DNA of 64,000 nucleotides, taken from assembly GCA_043228905.1 (NCBI GenBank), contig JBHGNT010000010.1, forward strand, positions 15,810,001 through 15,874,000, read 5' to 3'. Made by a program: the position numbers and the translations under genes. Shown in pieces: positions 59,005 to 64,000 of the stretch. Source of the stretch: Azolla caroliniana (lineage: Eukaryota; Plantae; Polypodiophyta). Each line of letters opens with the position of its first letter. The stretch's first letter is position 1. Under the pieces are notes generated by a model. That model was not told where the DNA came from and did no database searches. It was given only the letters and a program-made list of their open reading frames with translations.

Positions 59005-60699
59005 ATCCCCGGCAATGGTACCGGAAGTTCGACTCCTTCATGACTGACCAAGGATACCACAAGACGCAGGCTAACCATTGCGTGTTCGTGAAGAATTTCG
59101 ACAGAGGCGACTTCCTGATACTCCTGTTGTATGTGGATGACATGTTGATCGTCGACCGGACAGGAATCAAAATCGGCAATCTGAAGAAGGCCTTGAACTA
59201 GACCTTCTCAATGAGAGATATGGGTTCGATGAGACAGACATTGGGGATGCACATAGTCTGGGACCGGACAAAGAAGCGATTGTGGTTGTCATAGGAGAAG
59301 TACATGACAAAGGTGCTTCAAAGGTTCAGCATGTCGAATGCCAAACCGTTCAGGTCGACACTTCCATCAAATTCCAAGATGTCCGGAAAGCAAATTCCAA
59401 AGTCAAAGGCGGAGAAAGCAGAGATGATAAAGGTATCCTATGCCTTTGTAGTCGGAAGCTTGATGTACGCAATGGTGTGTACACGACCGTATATCGGATA
59501 TGCAGTCCGTGTGGTCACTCGGTTCATGAGCAATCCAGGAAGACAACACTGGGCCGTTGTCAAATGGATACTCCGGTACCTGAAAGGCACCTCGAGCATA
59601 TGCCTCCAATTCAGCTCAGGTAAACCCCAACTTGAAGGATTCACAAATTCCGATATGTCGGTTGATGCGGATACTAGCCGGTCTACATCCGATATGTCAT
59701 GACTTATGGAGGGGGAGCTGTATCGTGGCAGTCGAGACTGCGGAAGTCCGTTGCATTATGGACAATGAAAGCGGAGTACATGGCAGTCGTGGAAGCAGGC
59801 AAGGAAGTTATCTGGATGAAGGACTTCATCGCAGAGCTAGGGATCTGACAAGAGGAATACCGGCTCCACTTCGACAGGCAAAGTGTCATTCACCTTGCGA
59901 AGAACACGACCTACCACTCCCGGACCAAGCACATCCAGAGGAGATATCACTAGCTTCGGGAGAGCTAGAAGATAAAGAGTTCTTGCTTACGAATATCCAT
60001 ACGGAGCAAAACGGGTCGAACATGCTGACCAAGGTGTTGTAAGCCGACAAACTAGACGTATGTCGGAGACGGATCGGACGGACGAGACATCCCATGATCT
60101 AGTATATTTATACTTGGATGTGTTTGTATGGTTGGTTGTGATCATCATTGTAGTTGTTATTGTACATAGAGAGAGAGGGAGGGAGTGAGAGATGCAGGGG
60201 GGAATCCTTTCAGTTGTAATCGTCGGTCGGCAAAGATAGAGCTCTAGGTTGTTGCATCTTGGTCTCCCATTGTACCTTTCCTCTCATAGTAATAGTTGGA
60301 GTCGGTGGGCTCCCGCGGTTTTTTTTCCCTATTAGGGTTTTCCACGTTAACATCATGTGTCGTCTCATTTCTGGTTTCTAGTTCTTCCATTGTGTGATTG
60401 AGACTCGGTTGTGGCCGACCACTATTCCTCTCATGGGTACACGTGAGCGACACGCAAAGGCCCCTCGAGGTGAACAACGGACGAGGCGGCATGAAGAGGA
60501 TAATGGAGGAGGCCACGACCCGAAACGTCAAGGCCATTCACTACTCAGTCTCAGCAAGGATCTGAGTAGGCGAAGAGAAGGGCATCGGTTCCAAAAGCAA
60601 TGCCGGATTTTGGTTGCTTGTGTTAGAGGGCTTAATCAGAGTGAGGCTATGGTAGGAAGAGGTGGACCGCACAAACAGGCGGATCTAAGAGGGCATCGA

Positions 60700-62420
60700 A
60701 TGGAACGATCCGGTTGAAGAGAAAACCGGCTTTGTGGAAGTTTCATGCCAGAACTACGAGGTTTTGGTTGAAGACACGCGGGTCGGGAAGGTAGGAGGGG
60801 CGGGACATTCGAACCGATTCAACACCCAGAGCGGACCGAAGAAAAATGATGAGGGTCTGACTTGCTCACAGGAGATGACAAAGTCCCCGAGCTTCCGGTT
60901 GAGCTCGGAGATTGAGAAGACAATAGACCTGCGGAAGGTCTTAGAGGACAGGGTCCTTGACAATAGGGTTGAACTCTAGTTGAGAGAAGTAATGGGATCA
61001 GCGACATCAAGGAGCCGGTGGTGGCGTTGATCAACCACAGTCAGCGATCAATTTAATGTCCATGGACTTCTATAAAAAGGGGAAGTGTCTGATCAACATG
61101 AAGCATGGGTGGAAGATACACACGGCGGCCTGTGCAACGGAGGAGCTTCATGGTGTGTGCCCGAACATTTGGGTGAAGGTTGGGGATGTCGAAATAGACC
61201 AACATTTATTCATGGAGTCTTCTTTGCATCCGGTTACACTTGGCGAGCCCTACATAATGGTGGCCCGGATGGAAACAAAGGTGTTGGACAATGGTTCAGC
61301 CTATGTGCGGGTAAAATGCCAGGACAGTCGGCACACCGTCCAATTCCTCACAGTCCGACTAAACCACGAGCGGATTAGGGACTCTCTCAGTAGCTGAAAG
61401 TCGTGATAGTCTAGACGTTCGGAAAAATCCCCACACTTGTACATTAGGTAGGAATTTTCTACTATCTGGAAACGGAGGCGATACCATAGTCGACATCGGT
61501 GGCCGGGAAAAGAAGTAGGTCGAAGGGCACTTGAAGGCATGTTGAGCCTTGGGCCCCGATGACGAGATCAACGGTGCCATGGAGGCGGTAGTCGGAGAGG
61601 ATCTGAGCGAAGACCGGATGATTCCGGTTAGTTCGGTCGAGATGTACGAAGTCATCATAGACTTCGGAAAGATGATCAAGGTGGATCGGATTGTCCAGGT
61701 GGACACCAAGTACAAGACTATGGGCCGGAAGGTGAGGACTGTCGCGGTACCCTTACTGGAGGATAGCTTGGAGCGGATGAAAGGTGTTGTGACCGACCCA
61801 AGTTTACGAGATCTAGCCAGCGTAGAGCACCGGTTCACCGACGGAACTCTATGGGAGTTGAAGATCGGTGGGGGTGGCTTCCTACTATCGGCGGAGGAGG
61901 ACCGGTTTCGGAGAATGCTCGAGAGGCACAGGAAGGCCTTTGCATTCTCGTCAGGGGAGATCGGGTGCATCGACCCGACCATCGTCGAACCGATGGTAAT
62001 ATTCACGGTACCGCATGTACTGTGGAACCTGAAGCCGATTCCGGTACCAAGGGCTCACATCCCAAAGTTGATGGAGCTGCTCAAGTAGAAGGTGGAGATA
62101 GGGATTCTTGAACTGTCGAGTGCCCCTTATTTTATTCGATGGCTTACGGTGTCGAAGAAGAATGGCACACATCGCTTTATCTAAGACCTGCAACCTGTCA
62201 ATAAAATGATGATTCAGAATGCAGGGGTTGGGCTGACAATTGATGAGTTTTTGGAGGCCTTCGTAGGAAGGTCAATATACTCAGTCGGCGACTTATACTC
62301 CAGGTACGACCAGTTCCAGCTAGCCGTGGAGAGTAGGGATATTACGACGATGCGGACCCCTCTCAGCTTAGTTAGGATGTGTACCCTACCTCAAGAAGGT
62401 ACCAACTCGGTGGTGCACAG
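60700..62420 (+). pseudogene. Degenerate non-chromovirus Ty3/gypsy pol fragment (protease region to RT N-terminus)
   Basis: TKYKTMGRKVRTVAVPL, FTVPHVLWNLKPIPVPRA, KKNG..DLQPVNK, YSVGDLYSRYDQFQL, MCTLPQEGTNSV; truncated before the YxDD motif. Confidence 0.8.
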
Positions 62421-62707
62421 GAACAAATGTGCTTTTTTAAAAGTCTCTTGATCCATTGGTTGCCAAGATCACGATAGTGCATGCACCTTTCGTTCCTGAC
62501 CTATCCAATCACATTAGTCTCATTCTAATATAAGTGAACATACCCTTCACTTATGTTTTGTAAATGTTAGTGGCCTATCCTCCCATACTTTATGTTCGAC
62601 AAATCAAACCTACACTAAAGTAGCCATGTCTACTAATAGTTTCATGAAACCGTTTGGTTTTTGAAGTTTGTAAGAACCTTTGTAAAGTGCACCTCCCTCC
62701 TCCCAAG

Positions 62708-63264
62708 TGTTGGGAGACAGGTCCCTCCGGATGGGAAGGGAGAAGAACCGGTATGAACCGGATGAGGAGTACCCGACTGCGGAGAGCCGGATGAGGAGTA
62801 CCCGACTGCGGAGAGCCGGATGGAACCCATCGAGGCTACATTTGTAAATAGCCGAAAAGTCATATTAGTATAAATATGACTTAGGGCAAACTTTTAGTTG
62901 TAGTGTTGTTCTTTTGTTGTTGTTATTCTTCCTTGTTGGTGCAAGAAGAAGTGAGAGCGCGTAACTGTACAGAGAGAGTGAGAGAGAGACGAGGTCGTTG
63001 CCTCTGTTGTAACCGCCGCTTGTGGCGAAGATCTGAGTGCACGAGGTCGTTGCCTCAGTGAACTCACTGTTGTATATTCCTACATAGTGACAGTTTGCAG
63101 CCTGTGGGCTGCCGTGGTTTTTCCCTATTTTGGGGTTTTCCACGTAAACCTCCTATGTACTATTTCTCCCTTTTGTGTTGCGTTTCATTACCTGTTTTTC
63201 TGTGTATGAAAAGAATCTCGGTTGTGGCCGAGCGTCGGACATAAGGAACGTCGAGTTCTCAACA
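62708..63264 (+). mobile_element. Solo LTR of the C family (557 bp)
   Basis: TGTTGGGAGACAGG...TTCTCAACA, reverse-complement match to the C LTRs; perfect CCAAG TSD at 62,703-62,707 and 63,265-63,269. Confidence 0.93.
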
Positions 63265-64000
63265 CCAAGCACAAAAGAACTAATGACATGTGTGAATTTT
63301 TGCGTAAAAAGATACATCTCAAAGAGAATCATGAGATGGGATCAACTAGTACATCCAACTCTATTTCCCTTGGGAAGTATTGGCTAGATTGTCCTTGGAC
63401 ACTAAAGAAGATGTAATCTTTGAACTCAAAGACTTGAACATCAAGATTTATCTCTTTTTTTCATATCAACTCTGATAGGGCAAGTGACCTGGTGAGCTAT
63501 TAGCTAAGATCCAATCCATCTTACGAGACTAAATCAGCATAGATATGCTCCCTCTAATGGTTGTGTGAATGATAGCAACAAGTTTTCATAGGTAAGTAAA
63601 CTTGTACCTCATTTTACGGGTGTAGGAGATGCTTATAAAGAAAAATAATTATGGGAGCTTATGAATCACTCTTTGTTGGTACGAGAGACATCATTACCTT
63701 TGACGTCACCTTAGAGGGCCAAGTAGGAATTGGTTCTACATGCTTCCAAATGAGGACTAAAATAACATCCTTTACATCAACAAATAACGTTCACACCATT
63801 TACATTATGTTCAAGCATCACTGAAGAAATTTGGAGATCGACTCATCACTAGAAGAACTTAAGTTTCAAGTTGAGGATTGTTGATGACTATGACAAAGTA
63901 ATGAAAACATCACCAAAGCCCTAAACCAAGTTGAATTATCAACATGTTGGTCTACATGCAATCTCTTCCAAGGTCAATAAAGTGGCATTTTGTCTTGATC

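Larger units (their letters stand above)
52662..60433 (+). mobile_element. Element F: degenerate copia (C-related) RT-RNase H region plus partial 3' LTR, split by element G
   Basis: Peptides parallel C (NKWVYKLKPGDAGNPPRYKA, PRQWYRKFDSF, YVDD). Coding ends near 60,100; PPT and LTR start appear deleted; LTR-like end CTCGGTTGTGGCCGA..CTCA. Confidence 0.82.

Overview
Eukaryotic land-plant genomic DNA. A non-seed plant such as a fern or lycophyte is likely; this is an inference from a Tcn1-like self-priming chromovirus and tRNA-Trp-primed non-chromovirus Ty3/gypsy elements. Bases 1-27,339 are a deeply nested transposon stack. A pol-less, tRNA-Trp-primed LTR element (A, ending 21,558) contains a degenerate Ty1/copia (B, 3,701-20,094). 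B's 5' LTR in turn carries two different copia elements (C, 3,846-9,388; D, 9,394-14,875, with an intact ORF) at exactly the same 5-bp site, so GGTTG is present three times. A copia remnant whose LTR is split by a hAT transposon (23,568-27,147) follows. Bases 30,391-44,210 form a gene island: an 11-exon VIK/ILK-type ankyrin-repeat Raf-like kinase, an intronless HSP20/alpha-crystallin-like gene and a PDRG1 (prefoldin-like) gene. About 45,181-52,186 is a long-TIR Mutator-like element with a decayed SWIM-transposase, a Ulp1/C48 protease gene and a 49-bp minisatellite, followed by an inverted second end and a 100-N gap. After the gap come a copia remnant interrupted by a chromodomain Ty3/gypsy (53,182-59,004), a gypsy pol fragment and a solo LTR. 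The strongest unexplained signals are the same-nucleotide tandem copia insertion, two divergent tRNA-like A/B-box cassettes in both LTRs of A, a Gag-fused acidic VPETW-repeat ORF, and an apparent xCGTG target preference. All calls were read by eye; no database search was run.
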